Source of the DNA: a virus
Direction: 5' to 3' (one strand)
IMG/VR virus record: IMGVR_UViG_3300025645_000053
Coordinates: 1-64,000 of that record
DNA length: 64,000 bases
Shown here: piece after piece, positions 1-10,466 of the stretch
Position numbering within the stretch: position 1 is the first letter of the stretch
How the letters are laid out: each line of letters starts with the position of its first letter
Program-made: the position numbers and the translations under genes
Notes under the pieces: model-generated
The model's database searches: none
What the model saw: only the letters and a program-made list of their open reading frames with translations
What the model was told of the DNA's origin: nothing

Positions 1-2
1 CC

Positions 3-167
3 TACGATGACGAGGGTACGGGATTAACAGCAGCAGAGCTTGATCTCATGGTTGATGCGCTGCTCGCACCAGAGCCACCACCAACAGACGCAGAGGTATG
101 GATAAGTAAAGCACAGGCTTCTTATCTATACGACACTAGGTTTAAACCAGATGATGGTGGGGTATAA
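3..167 (+). CDS. 3' end of a hypothetical protein (truncated by window edge)
   Basis: Open frame YDDEGTGL...KPDDGGV ends at TAA 165-167; no recognisable motif. Confidence 0.45.
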   Translation, partial: YDDEGTGLTAAELDLMVDALLAPEPPPTDAEVWISKAQASYLYDTRFKPDDGGV

Positions 168-219
168 TGACATAGCGTAGCAGTCATGAATATAAGTAAG
201 TTCTTAAGTTAGTAAACTA

Positions 220-227
220 TATAAATA
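220..227 (+). promoter_or_regulatory. T4-type late promoter TATAAATA
   Basis: Exact gp55 consensus upstream of the prohead core genes. Confidence 0.75.
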
Positions 228-249
228 TAATTTTAAACGGGGTAAAATC

Positions 250-420
250 ATGGAATCAAGAAATCTAATTGACGCAATAATCAGTGGTGATAAAGCTGCA
301 GCAAAAGCCGAGTTTAGCGATATTATGCAAGGTAAAATGTTTGACGCTGTAGACACGTTAAAAACTAGTGTAGCCCAACAAATGTTTAATAAGGCGAATA
401 TTGCAGATGAAAACGTATAA
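250..420 (+). CDS. 67: Prohead core protein gp67-like (56 aa, missed by ORF track)
   Basis: MESRNLIDAIISGDKAAAKAEFSDIMQGKMFDAVD...; size and position upstream of gp21. Confidence 0.6.
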   Translation: MESRNLIDAIISGDKAAAKAEFSDIMQGKMFDAVDTLKTSVAQQMFNKANIADENV

Positions 421-613
421 AGATTTAAAAAAGCTATTTACAGAAGAAAAGCTCGTTAAGTGGTTTAAAGTTTTAAAAAACAGCGAAGCAAAAATCGCTA
501 AAGACGGGAATATGTTTGTTGCGTATATCGACAACGAAGTATTAGACGAATTCAAAAGTCAGAAAGATGCCGAAAAGGGTATTGCTGATTTTATCAAATT
601 AATAGGAAAATAA
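407..613 (+). CDS. Small prohead core protein (gp68-like position)
   Basis: Starts MKTYKDLKKLFTE (capsid-targeting-like); lies between gp67 and gp21. Confidence 0.5.
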   Translation: MKTYKDLKKLFTEEKLVKWFKVLKNSEAKIAKDGNMFVAYIDNEVLDEFKSQKDAEKGIADFIKLIGK

Positions 614-695
614 CATGGCAGCAGCCATTAAACCAATCGGCTTGACTGGCCGAAGCATTGCTAACGGCGTTAGCTCAAACAAAGGTTAATTCAAA

Positions 696-1337
696 ATGAA
701 GTTAATAACCGAACATAATGATCAGCAGCTTGAGTATATTACTGAAGGCGCTGGAGGTAAAAAAGATACTTATATTAAAGGTATCTTTATGCAGTCTGAA
801 AAACAAAACCGTAATGGGCGGATTTATCCAAAGGTCATTATGGAAAAGGCGGTTGCCCAATACGACGAAAAGTATATCAAAACTAAACGTTCGGTTGGTG
901 AATTAAACCATCCCGATGGACCGACTATCAATCTTGATAAAGTCTCGCATATTATTACTGAGCTATCATGGCAAGGTGATGACGTAATAGGTAAAGCAAA
1001 ATTGCTCAACACTCCTATGGGTTTAATTGCAAAGGGATTAATTGAAGGCGGCGTTCAGTTAGGTGTATCTTCACGTGGCATGGGTTCGTTAGTTTCAAAA
1101 AATGGAAAGAACTATGTTGGTGAAGATTTCGTATTAGGTACAGTTGATATTGTACAAGATCCATCGGCTGATAATGCGTATGTAAATGGTATTATGGAAG
1201 GTGCTTCTTGGATATACGACGCCGCAAAAAGTTCGTGGGTCAAACAAGAAATGATAGAAGATCTTGTTAGAGGAGCCAAGAAAGGAAAGATTAATGAAGA
1301 ATTGCTAGTTAAGCAATTCAAGGATTTACTGTTTTAA
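696..1337 (+). CDS. 21: Prohead protease gp21
   Basis: MKLITE, NRNGRIYP, GELNHP and GVSSRGMGS motifs. Confidence 0.96.
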   Translation: MKLITEHNDQQLEYITEGAGGKKDTYIKGIFMQSEKQNRNGRIYPKVIMEKAVAQYDEKYIKTKRSVGELNHPDGPTINLDKVSHIITELSWQGDDVIGKAKLLNTPMGLIAKGLIEGGVQLGVSSRGMGSLVSKNGKNYVGEDFVLGTVDIVQDPSADNAYVNGIMEGASWIYDAAKSSWVKQEMIEDLVRGAKKGKINEELLVKQFKDLLF

Positions 1338-1355
1338 AAGTCGGTTTAAGATTTT

Positions 1356-1363
1356 TATAAATA
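1356..1363 (+). promoter_or_regulatory. Late promoter TATAAATA
   Basis: Consensus upstream of gp22. Confidence 0.75.
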
Positions 1364-1473
1364 GTATTAAAGTGGATTAAACACCACTGTGTATTTTATG
1401 GGTATTATGATTTAATGGGACTGAGATTATCAATTAAAACTGGATTTCCTCTCAAACTTTAACTTACTGGAGT

Positions 1474-2454
1474 ATGAATATGAAACATGATCAAGAAAAT
1501 ATACTCCAAGATGAACTCGTTGAAGATGTTGAAGCTCTTGACGAGGAACTTTTGGAAGATGACGCTCTTGAAGAAGCGCTAAAAATGGATGACGACGAAG
1601 ACGAAGACGAAGATGAAGTCGAAGAAGGTAAAGAATTCGACACATCTGAAGACGACGGAATCGAAGGCAACAAAGCAGATAAAGATCCTAAGAAAACTTC
1701 TGTCAAAAAGGCCAAGCCGCCTATGAAAGAAGACAACTTCAAAGAAGACTTAAATGCATTAGTTGAGTCTGAAGCCACACTTAGCGAGAATTTCCGTAAT
1801 AAAGCAAGTCTAATTTTTGAATCTGCACTTCGCGCCAAGGTTGCCTCTAAGGTTAATCAATTGGAAGAAGAGTATAACGAAAAATTAGATGAAGCTGTTG
1901 AAACTGCCAAAGAAGGACTAGTTCAGAAAGTTGATAGCTATCTTGCCTATGTTGTAGAGTCTTGGGCTGTTGAAAACAAAATTGCTTTGGAATCTGGCGT
2001 ACGTGCCGATATTGCTGAAAGCTTTATGTCTAACCTTAAGAATGTGTTTGAAGCCCATTATGTTTCGGTGCCTGAAGGCAAAGAAGATTTGGTCGATACG
2101 CTTTCTGCTGAAGTTGAAAAACTTAAAGAAGACTATAATGCTGAAGTCGATAAGAATATGGCGTTACAGGAAAGCACTAACGAATTGTCCCGTGTAGGTA
2201 TTATTGCTGAAGCTGCTACTGATTTATCAGTTGCTCAAGCTGATAAGTTGAGTTCTTTGCTTGAAGGCGAAGATTTCGACAATGTTAAAGCTTTCACCAA
2301 AAAGGTAGAAACTTTAAAGCAATCTTATTTCAAGAAAGATAGCGTAATTTCAGAAGATGTTAATACTCCTGACGAAACTTTGAAAGAAGAAACCGTTGAA
2401 GTATCTGGCACAATGGCTACGTACCTTTCTGCACTAAAAAAATTAAATCAATAA
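1474..2454 (+). CDS. 22: Prohead core scaffold gp22
   Basis: Acidic coiled coil with KVDSYLAYVVESW and C-terminal MATYLSAL; lies between gp21 and gp23. Confidence 0.92.
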   Translation: MNMKHDQENILQDELVEDVEALDEELLEDDALEEALKMDDDEDEDEDEVEEGKEFDTSEDDGIEGNKADKDPKKTSVKKAKPPMKEDNFKEDLNALVESEATLSENFRNKASLIFESALRAKVASKVNQLEEEYNEKLDEAVETAKEGLVQKVDSYLAYVVESWAVENKIALESGVRADIAESFMSNLKNVFEAHYVSVPEGKEDLVDTLSAEVEKLKEDYNAEVDKNMALQESTNELSRVGIIAEAATDLSVAQADKLSSLLEGEDFDNVKAFTKKVETLKQSYFKKDSVISEDVNTPDETLKEETVEVSGTMATYLSALKKLNQ

Positions 2455-2474
2455 TAACTAGGAGATAAACAAAT

Positions 2475-3800
2475 ATGTTTAATTCAGAAAACCTTATGGA
2501 AAAATGGGCACCTGTCCTTGATAACAAAGATGCTGGCGCCTTTCAAGATGCTCATCGTAAATCAGTAACAGCTGTAGTATTAGAAAACACCGAGAAAGCC
2601 CTTGCTGAAGAGCGTGGACAAAATCAAATGTTATCTGAAGCTGCTCCTTCTAACTCAGTAGCTGGCGGTGGCGTTGTAAATTGGGATCCAATCCTAATTT
2701 CATTAGTACGTCGTGCTATGCCTAACCTTATCGCATATGACCTATGTGGTGTTCAGCCTATGACTGGTCCTACTGGTTTGATCTTCGCGATGAAATCTAG
2801 ATACGGTGCCCAGGATGGTACTGAAGCGTTCGTTAACGAAGCCGATTCTGGTTTCTCTCAAGGAGCTGCTTTAGCTGCTGCACATGGTGCGGATTCGTCT
2901 TCTTTAGGCGGTACAGATACAACGCCAGCAGATACAGTGAACGATGCTTTTGACTTCGGTACTGGTTTGGCAATTGGTGCTGGTGAAGATTTCGGTGGTG
3001 ATGCAACATTCAACGAAATGTCATTCAGTATCGAGAAAGCAACTGTTACTGCTAAGACTCGTGCACTTAAAGCTGAATATACAATGGAACTTGCTCAAGA
3101 TCTTAAAGCCGTTCACGGCCTAGATGCTGAAAGCGAATTAGCTAATATCCTTTCTGGTGAAATCCTTGCTGAAATTAACCGTGAAGTTGTTCGTACAATT
3201 AACTCACGTGCTAAGCTTGGTTGTCAACAGGCTGATCTTGCTAATGCCGGCGATTTCGATCTTGATGTTGATGCTGATGGCCGTTGGTCTTTAGAGAAAT
3301 ATAAAGGTCTATTGGTTCAGATCCAACGTGAAGCTAATGTAATTGCTTTAGAAACACGTCGTGGAAAAGGTAACTTTATCTTAGTATCATCTGATGTTGC
3401 AGCTATTCTTTCTGCTTCAGGTATGCTTGATAATACTCCTGCTTTAGCCGCAAATGCTAACATCAGTTCTGATGTTACTGGTACAACTATGGTTGGTACT
3501 TTGTCTGGTGGAATCAAGGTTTATCTTGACCCCTATGCAACTGTCAACTTCGTAACTGTTGGTTTTAAAGGAACTAATCCTTATGATGCTGGTTTGTTCT
3601 ATGCACCATATGTTCCTTTAACTATGGTTCGTGCTGTTAACGAAGCTACCTTCCAGCCTAAAATTGGCTTTAAGACTCGTTACGGTATGGTTGCTAACCC
3701 ATATGTTGGTGGAACTCCCGGCGATAATGCTGGAGCAGTTCGTGCAAACCAGTACTACCGCATATTCAAAGTATCTAACATCCTTGGTGTTGCAGGTTAA
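2475..3800 (+). CDS. 23: Major capsid protein gp23
   Basis: LVRRAMPNLIAYD, GVQPMTGPTGLIFAM, ELAQDLKAVHGLDAE, FQPKIGFKTRYG. Confidence 0.98.
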   Translation: MFNSENLMEKWAPVLDNKDAGAFQDAHRKSVTAVVLENTEKALAEERGQNQMLSEAAPSNSVAGGGVVNWDPILISLVRRAMPNLIAYDLCGVQPMTGPTGLIFAMKSRYGAQDGTEAFVNEADSGFSQGAALAAAHGADSSSLGGTDTTPADTVNDAFDFGTGLAIGAGEDFGGDATFNEMSFSIEKATVTAKTRALKAEYTMELAQDLKAVHGLDAESELANILSGEILAEINREVVRTINSRAKLGCQQADLANAGDFDLDVDADGRWSLEKYKGLLVQIQREANVIALETRRGKGNFILVSSDVAAILSASGMLDNTPALAANANISSDVTGTTMVGTLSGGIKVYLDPYATVNFVTVGFKGTNPYDAGLFYAPYVPLTMVRAVNEATFQPKIGFKTRYGMVANPYVGGTPGDNAGAVRANQYYRIFKVSNILGVAG

Positions 3801-3840
3801 TTAAAAAATCCTAATATGCTACCTTAGGACAAAGTGAATT

Positions 3841-3868
3841 GGGGATCTTAATTGATCCCCTTTTTTTT
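3841..3868 (+). terminator. Rho-independent terminator after gp23
   Basis: GGGGATC-ttaatt-GATCCCC followed by T8. Confidence 0.9.
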
Positions 3869-3871
3869 GCT

Positions 3872-3879
3872 TATAAATA
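3872..3879 (+). promoter_or_regulatory. Late promoter TATAAATA
   Basis: Consensus upstream of the gp3-like gene. Confidence 0.75.
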
Positions 3880-3909
3880 ATTGGTATGTTTAACACGATG
3901 GGGTAAATC

Positions 3910-4419
3910 ATGCCATACGAAACTGATATAGATTTAAACGGCGCCAATGGACGTAATGACCAAGATAATTTCCTTGCTCCAAACGGCTTCCGATTAGTAG
4001 TCGATAATACAGTATATGCTGATGTTCAATATAAAGTACAGCAAGTAAGTATACCTTCTATTAATGTCGATGCTACGCCAAGTCCATATGGCGGTGGCAC
4101 ATCATATACAATTGGTGATCGTGCTAATTACGAACCACTTGAATTGACTTTTTTAGTAGACGAAAACTTAAAAAATTATAAAGAAATACACAATTGGATT
4201 ATGGGCGCGTTAACTAATCCAGATGCTGCAGTAGACGGCAAATTCAAAGATATTACATTAATGATCTTGTCATCACACAATAACGTAATTCAAGAAATAC
4301 AATTTATTGGAGCGTTTCCAACAGGACTTTCTACATTGCAGTTTGACTCGTCAGCTAGCGATATTGAATACTTAACAGCTAACGTAACATTCCAATACCA
4401 ATATTATAAATTAAAATAG
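3910..4419 (+). CDS. 3: Tail completion/terminator protein gp3-like (tube fold)
   Basis: NFLAPNGF, FLVDENLKNYKEIHNW, AFPTGLS; gp23-gp3-uvsY synteny of marine T4-like phages. Confidence 0.8.
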   Translation: MPYETDIDLNGANGRNDQDNFLAPNGFRLVVDNTVYADVQYKVQQVSIPSINVDATPSPYGGGTSYTIGDRANYEPLELTFLVDENLKNYKEIHNWIMGALTNPDAAVDGKFKDITLMILSSHNNVIQEIQFIGAFPTGLSTLQFDSSASDIEYLTANVTFQYQYYKLK

Positions 4420-4432
4420 AGATTAAATTATT

Positions 4433-4879
4433 ATGATACCATTGACTACCATTCTTAAAATGTGGGAAAAGGACTGTGTAATTGACGAAGTGAATTTAGA
4501 TAACGCTTCTTTAGACGGTGCAAAACTGCATGCAAAATATTTAGAACTCCATTCAGTTTATAAACTGCAGGCACGACGTAAAGACATGGAGTTTAAAGTA
4601 CTTCTTAAAAACAAGTACCTATGGTTTGCCGGTAAATTAACAAGAGATGAAATTGATGAACTTGGTTGGGGATACGATCCCTTAAATGGATTAAAAGTTC
4701 TCAAAGGCGATATGGATAAATTCCTTGAGGCTGATAGAGACATTCAAGAAATGCAAGCTCAAATTGAATACAATAAAGTAGTAACAGAGACTCTTGACGA
4801 AATTATTGGTAATATCCGATGGAGAAGCTCTACAATAAAAAATGCAATCGAGTGGAGAAAATTCACTAGCGGAGTATAA
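4433..4879 (+). CDS. uvsY: Recombination mediator UvsY
   Basis: LHAKYL and IKNAIEWRKF; precedes uvsW. Confidence 0.88.
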   Translation: MIPLTTILKMWEKDCVIDEVNLDNASLDGAKLHAKYLELHSVYKLQARRKDMEFKVLLKNKYLWFAGKLTRDEIDELGWGYDPLNGLKVLKGDMDKFLEADRDIQEMQAQIEYNKVVTETLDEIIGNIRWRSSTIKNAIEWRKFTSGV

Positions 4880-4884
4880 GGATC

Positions 4885-6387
4885 ATGACCGAAGTTGTTC
4901 AAGTTAGGCTTAAAGATTATTCGCAGTTGCTAATTGAAACTGATCATAGCACTGGTGCCGAGTTGACCGACTTCTTCTCGTTTTTTGCTGAAGGTTATAA
5001 GTTCCATCCTGCATATCGTAACAAACAATGGGATGGACTCCTGCGCCTTTATAACCATCGTGATAAACAATTACCAATTGGGTTATATGCGTACTTACAG
5101 AATTTTTGTGAGGCCCGTGGATACATTCTAGAGGTTTTAGATAACCAACTGTATGGATTACCAATAGCCGATAACAAAGTCCCACCATCGCTTGATTACC
5201 TTAACAGTCATACTTTTACTAGCCGCGGTAAACCTATCGAACATCGTGACTATCAGCTAAGGGCAATAACCACAGCCATTACAGAGCATCGGACATTATT
5301 ATTGTCTCCAACGGCATCTGGAAAATCGCTCATCATATATTCCATTATGTTATATTACATGGAGAATTATGATAAAGATATTCTAATAATCGTCCCTACT
5401 ACGTCATTAGTGAACCAAATGTACGGTGATTTTGCTGATTATAGTGAGTTTGACCAAGCGTTTTCTGCTGAAGACAGTTGTCATATGATTTACTCAGGTA
5501 AAGAGAAAAACACAGGGAAGCGCGCGGTCATCTCAACTTGGCAATCAATATATAAATTAGGTAGTGCGTGGTTCAAAAAGTTTGGTATGATAATCGGTGA
5601 TGAAGCACATACGTTTAAAGCAAAGTCTTTAGTATCAATAATGGGGAAGTCAACCGAAGCACAATTCAGAATTGGAACGACTGGCACAATTGATAATATA
5701 GCAGTAAATAAACTGGTCCTAGAAGGTTCGTTCGGTCCTGTCTATAGAGTGACATCAACAAAGGCGCTAATGGACGAAGGTTCACTTGCGGCTCTTGACA
5801 TAAAAATACTAGCACTTAAATATCCTGACGTTGAAAGCAAGATAGTTTCAAAACTCAAATATCCTCAGGAAATGGACTATATCGTTACCCATGAGAAACG
5901 AAATAACTTTATAGCAAATTTAGCAATAGCACAAACAGGTAACACCTTAATATTATTTCAGTTTGTTGGTAAACACGGCAAGCCATTACATGAACTGATA
6001 AATACAAAGGTAGGCGACGATCGTGAAGTCTTTTATGTATCAGGTGAAACTGATGCAAATTTACGAGAAGACGTTCGACGAATTACTGAAACAAAATCAA
6101 ATGCAATATTGGTATGCTCACTCGGAACTTTTAGTACTGGAGTGAATATAAGAAACCTACACAATATTATATTTGCATCACCGAGTAAGGCACAAATAAA
6201 GATCTTACAATCAATAGGAAGAGGATTAAGAAAAAGCGATAATGGTCAGGATACCAAGTTATTTGATATTGCCGATGATTTCCATTGGAAAAGTAAAAAG
6301 AATTATACATTAAGACACGCTGCTGAACGTGTAAAGATTTACGCATCCGAGAAGTTTAATTTTAAAATTCACGAGGTAAAGATGTAA
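4885..6387 (+). CDS. uvsW: SF2 helicase UvsW
   Basis: SPTASGKS, DEAH, QSIGRGLR. Confidence 0.96.
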   Translation: MTEVVQVRLKDYSQLLIETDHSTGAELTDFFSFFAEGYKFHPAYRNKQWDGLLRLYNHRDKQLPIGLYAYLQNFCEARGYILEVLDNQLYGLPIADNKVPPSLDYLNSHTFTSRGKPIEHRDYQLRAITTAITEHRTLLLSPTASGKSLIIYSIMLYYMENYDKDILIIVPTTSLVNQMYGDFADYSEFDQAFSAEDSCHMIYSGKEKNTGKRAVISTWQSIYKLGSAWFKKFGMIIGDEAHTFKAKSLVSIMGKSTEAQFRIGTTGTIDNIAVNKLVLEGSFGPVYRVTSTKALMDEGSLAALDIKILALKYPDVESKIVSKLKYPQEMDYIVTHEKRNNFIANLAIAQTGNTLILFQFVGKHGKPLHELINTKVGDDREVFYVSGETDANLREDVRRITETKSNAILVCSLGTFSTGVNIRNLHNIIFASPSKAQIKILQSIGRGLRKSDNGQDTKLFDIADDFHWKSKKNYTLRHAAERVKIYASEKFNFKIHEVKM

Positions 6388-6746
6388 TGAATGATCTAGT
6401 AAAAGAAGCTGCTGCAGGATTAGATGTAAAACAATTTAAATTAATGAACGGTGAAACTGTGTTAGGTATCGTTAAAGAAGAGACTCGTACAACATTAATA
6501 ATCGAATCTCCGATTGAGCTTTTGGAATCTTATGAAGATGATACTTACAGATATGGTTTTAAACACTGGTTTGAATTTAGTGTTAATGATGAAGCCACAC
6601 TTTTTAAATCTAGTTTAGTTGCGTTGAGTGATATAAATAACAATATTAAAGAATCATATCTAAAGGTTATTATCAGTAATGGTACAGATGAAATATCTAA
6701 TGAATCAATATCTGATAATAATACTAGTAATATGACTTGTCATTAA
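6387..6746 (+). CDS. Conserved T4-like hypothetical protein (Sm-like barrel likely)
   Basis: FKLMNGETVLG N-terminal motif; typical position between uvsW and gp55. Confidence 0.6.
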   Translation: MNDLVKEAAAGLDVKQFKLMNGETVLGIVKEETRTTLIIESPIELLESYEDDTYRYGFKHWFEFSVNDEATLFKSSLVALSDINNNIKESYLKVIISNGTDEISNESISDNNTSNMTCH

Positions 6747-6826
6747 TATTGTATTCTATCCCTGTCCAGTAACAACTGTTTATCTATACTAGTTTTTACA
6801 AGGTATCAAATAATACAGTAAATTAA

Positions 6827-6895
6827 TATCTGTATATCTACTCACTCCCCGATTGACTAATCTATTATAACAAGAAACAGGACATCTGTCAATAG
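6827..6895 (-). promoter_or_regulatory. Antisense sigma70-type promoter with conserved leader (copy 1)
   Basis: Minus-strand TTGACA (6892-6887)-17-TATAAT (6869-6864); near-identical copy at 55887-55955. Confidence 0.75.
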
Positions 6896-6983
6896 GAAAC
6901 ACAAAATAAATACATAAAAATTTCTATTGACATGAGGCTCAATTTAGTTTATAATAGTTTACTATACCAATGGAGAAATAAGC

Positions 6984-7565
6984 ATGACAAAAATCAAACC
7001 TAAAGATAAGCCACACTACGTGAACAATAGGGATTTTTCTGAAGCTGTATATGACCACGTTTTAGCGTTAAACGAAGCAAAAGCAAACGAAACTCCCCGT
7101 CCTCAAGTCTCAACGTATATTGGAAAGTGTTTTCTACGTATATGCGAAGGATTAGCCCATCGTTCTAACTTTATACATTATCCTTTTCGAGATGAAATGG
7201 TTATGGATGCGGTTGAGAATTGCCTTAAAGCAATTAATAACTATGATATATCAAAAGTTACAAGAACAGGCAAACCTAATGCCTTTTCATACTTTACTCA
7301 GATATCATGGTTTGCATTCTTAAGACGTATTGCAAAGGAAAAGCGACAGCTTGATATAAAAACTCGATTGGTCGAAAGATCTGGATATGACGAGTTCTTT
7401 GATGGTGACGACGATGCAAACGGCGCATCAGGCGCAGTTGATAGGCTACGTTCTAATTTTACTCACGTACAAACAGGTGACAATGTTAAACCGGCAGCAG
7501 AAGCTGAACTAGTAAAACCTAAAAAACCAGTTGGTCTTGAACACTTTATTGGCGGTGATGATTAA
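6984..7565 (+). CDS. 55: Late-transcription sigma factor gp55
   Basis: HYVNN, NAFSYFTQI, AFLRRIAKEK. Confidence 0.95.
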   Translation: MTKIKPKDKPHYVNNRDFSEAVYDHVLALNEAKANETPRPQVSTYIGKCFLRICEGLAHRSNFIHYPFRDEMVMDAVENCLKAINNYDISKVTRTGKPNAFSYFTQISWFAFLRRIAKEKRQLDIKTRLVERSGYDEFFDGDDDANGASGAVDRLRSNFTHVQTGDNVKPAAEAELVKPKKPVGLEHFIGGDD

Positions 7566-8623
7566 TGAAAATTGCAATCATTTCTGATACACATGCAGGT
7601 TGTAGAAATTCTTCTGACATTTTTATAAACTACCAACGACGGTTTTATGAGGAAATATTCTTTCCATATCTAAAAGAACATAACATTGCCGAGCTTATAC
7701 ATCTTGGTGACTACTATGATAACCGCAAAATCGTCAACATAAAAGCTATTGATGCCAATCGCAACATGTTTCTTCAACCAATGAAAGATGCCGGTATTAA
7801 TATGCGTATCATTCCAGGGAATCATGACATATACTTTAAGTCGACAAATGAAGTATGTTCTCTAAATGAATTAATGTGGGGATACGATAACATTGAAATA
7901 GTTTCTAAACCAGCTGAAGTCGATTATGACGGCTGTAAGATTGCTTTAGTTCCTTGGATCAATAATAACAATTATGCTGAGTTTATGTCTTTCATCAAAA
8001 AGACTAAGGCTTCTATATTAGGCGGTCACCTAGAGCTAAATGGTTTTGAAATGATGAAAGGAATAACTAATAACCACGGAATGGAAACTGAAGCATTTGA
8101 ACGCTTTGAGCAGGTATATAGCGGTCACTTTCATACAAAGTCAACTCGAGGCAATATTACATACCTTGGGTCTCAAATGGAATTTACCTGGGCTGATGTC
8201 GATGATCCTAAGTTCTTTCATATATTTGATACTGAAACCCGTACAATAGAAGCAATTCGCAATCCTATAACGATACATCAGAAAATTTATTATAACGATG
8301 AAAACGAATCATATGAAGACTTCCCATTTGAAGAACTTAAAGATAAGTTTGTAAAGGTTATTGTTGTTAAGAAGACTGACCCTGCATTGTTTAATGGATT
8401 CGTTGATAAAGTTCAAGATTCAGGTATTTACGAATTGAAAATAGCCGAAACCTTCGACCAATTTGCGGGTTCAAGTGTTGGAGACGATAACATATCAATT
8501 GAAGACACTACAACCTTACTTGACTCATATGTTGAGTCGGTTGAAACTGACCTTGATAAGAATAAAATCAAAGGCATAATGCGAAAGCTGTATGCTGAAG
8601 CAAGCAACCTGGAAATATCATAA
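7565..8623 (+). CDS. 47: Recombination endonuclease gp47 (Mre11/SbcD-like)
   Basis: SDTH, HLGD, GNHD, SGHFH metallophosphoesterase motifs. Confidence 0.95.
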   Translation: MKIAIISDTHAGCRNSSDIFINYQRRFYEEIFFPYLKEHNIAELIHLGDYYDNRKIVNIKAIDANRNMFLQPMKDAGINMRIIPGNHDIYFKSTNEVCSLNELMWGYDNIEIVSKPAEVDYDGCKIALVPWINNNNYAEFMSFIKKTKASILGGHLELNGFEMMKGITNNHGMETEAFERFEQVYSGHFHTKSTRGNITYLGSQMEFTWADVDDPKFFHIFDTETRTIEAIRNPITIHQKIYYNDENESYEDFPFEELKDKFVKVIVVKKTDPALFNGFVDKVQDSGIYELKIAETFDQFAGSSVGDDNISIEDTTTLLDSYVESVETDLDKNKIKGIMRKLYAEASNLEIS

Positions 8624-10344
8624 TGAGTGTAGCCTTTAAAACAATAAAATGGAAAAACTTTTTATCAACTGGTGATAAGTTTACTGAAATTCAACTTGAC
8701 CGTTCTCCGACTACTTTAATTGTCGGCAAGAACGGTGCTGGTAAGTCCACGATGCTTGATGCTTTATCGTTTGCGCTGTTTGGCCGGCCGCATCGATCAA
8801 TCAATAAACCTCAACTTGTAAATTCTGTAAACGAAAAGCAATGTGAAGTACACGTTGAATTTACTATAGGTATACATCAATTTAAAATCATTCGTGGTAT
8901 TAAGCCTAACATATTTGAAATTTATCAAGATGGCGTGATGATTAATCAAAATAGTGCAGTTCGTGATTATCAGCATTATCTTGAGCAAAACGTACTAAAG
9001 CTTAATCATAAATCTTTCCATCAAATTGTAGTCTTGGGATCTTCATCTTTTATTCCTTTCATGCAATTGCCTGCTCATCACAGACGAGATATTATTGAGG
9101 ATCTTCTTGATATTAATATCTTTTCTAAAATGAACGGCATTCTTAAAGAGTCTATGGGTAAACTTCGAGAGTCTTTATCTGATTTTAATAATCAAATCGA
9201 TACTATAAAAGACAAGATTGAACTTCAAAGAAAGTATGTTACTGATATTTCGCTTTTGAATGAAGAACATCTTGAATATAAACGAAGTATAATTGTTACG
9301 TCTAAATCAGAATTAGATATGATAACCGGTGAGAACTACAGTTTGCAAAATTACATTAGTGAACATAGCGCGGCAACATCTGCAAAACACTTGACTATTG
9401 AAAAGATTAGCAAAAAGCTAGGTAAGTATGAATCGACATTTAAGACTGAAATTCGCGGAGTAGTAAAAGAAGCAAAGTTTTATGACGAACATGAAAATTG
9501 TCCGACATGTTCCCAGGACATTGACGAACAGTTTAGAGCTGAACGTAAAGCAAAAGCGACTTCACGCGCTAAAGATCTTAAAGATGGTATTAATAAACTT
9601 ACTATTGAAATTACTGAAACTGATATGGCATTGGCTGAGTCGCAAATTGCTTTAAACGATATTACAGCAAAAAGCAATAGCATTATTGCTAATGACAAGT
9701 TGATTAAAAAAATAAATAAGTCAATTGACACAATTCAGGTCGAAATTGATGACATTTCTAAAACTAATAATGATGTTAATAACGAAAAGTCAAAGCTTCA
9801 GGAAATGATTGAATTGAAAGTAGAGCTTCTTAATAAAAAGATTGAAGTTGTTGAAGACCAGCGTTATTCAACAGTTGCACAAGAAATGTTAAAAGACACT
9901 GGTATTAAAACTAAAATTATTAAACAGTATTTACCTGTTATGAATAACTTAATCAATCAATATCTCCAAACAATGGATTTCTTTGTATCTTTCAATCTTG
10001 ATGAAAACTTTAATGAAACTATTAAGTCTCGCCATCGTGATCAGTTCAAATATAGCTCTTTCAGCGAAGGTGAAAAGGCAAGGATAGATCTTGCATTACT
10101 GTTTACATGGAGGCAGATTTCTACCATGAAAAACTCTTCATTAACTAATTTGTTGATACTTGACGAATCATTTGATTCTTCTATGGACGGCGAAGGTATT
10201 GGTCATCTTACAAAGATACTTCAAAGCACGTGTGCCGATACTAATGTGTTCGTTATCAGTCACCGCGAATCTTTAGAAGATAGCTCTTTGTTCAAATCAA
10301 AGATTGAATTCGTCAAAGAGGGCAACTTTAGTTCAGTCGCGTAA
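8623..10344 (+). CDS. 46: Recombination ATPase gp46 (Rad50/SbcC-like)
   Basis: GKNGAGKS, CPTC zinc hook, FSEGE signature, LILDE. Confidence 0.96.
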   Translation: MSVAFKTIKWKNFLSTGDKFTEIQLDRSPTTLIVGKNGAGKSTMLDALSFALFGRPHRSINKPQLVNSVNEKQCEVHVEFTIGIHQFKIIRGIKPNIFEIYQDGVMINQNSAVRDYQHYLEQNVLKLNHKSFHQIVVLGSSSFIPFMQLPAHHRRDIIEDLLDINIFSKMNGILKESMGKLRESLSDFNNQIDTIKDKIELQRKYVTDISLLNEEHLEYKRSIIVTSKSELDMITGENYSLQNYISEHSAATSAKHLTIEKISKKLGKYESTFKTEIRGVVKEAKFYDEHENCPTCSQDIDEQFRAERKAKATSRAKDLKDGINKLTIEITETDMALAESQIALNDITAKSNSIIANDKLIKKINKSIDTIQVEIDDISKTNNDVNNEKSKLQEMIELKVELLNKKIEVVEDQRYSTVAQEMLKDTGIKTKIIKQYLPVMNNLINQYLQTMDFFVSFNLDENFNETIKSRHRDQFKYSSFSEGEKARIDLALLFTWRQISTMKNSSLTNLLILDESFDSSMDGEGIGHLTKILQSTCADTNVFVISHRESLEDSSLFKSKIEFVKEGNFSSVA

Positions 10345-10374
10345 AGTCTCTCCTTATAACCTAATGATCTATTA

Positions 10375-10460
10375 TATTCTTTTTAATTATTATACATTTC
10401 TAATTAAAATGGATATAATAGTACCATAAATTGATAACAACTATAACAACTATTTGGAAA
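10375..10460 (+). repeat. Early promoter cassette (TATACA-17-TATAAT + AGTACCATAAATTGATAA)
   Basis: Same downstream block at about 27159, 30113 and 43160. Confidence 0.75.
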
Positions 10461-10466
10461 AAGAAG

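Noticed and set aside
615-689. 24-aa ORF between the gp68-like gene and gp21
   Set aside because: Too short, with no clear motif; it may be a remnant but cannot be supported.
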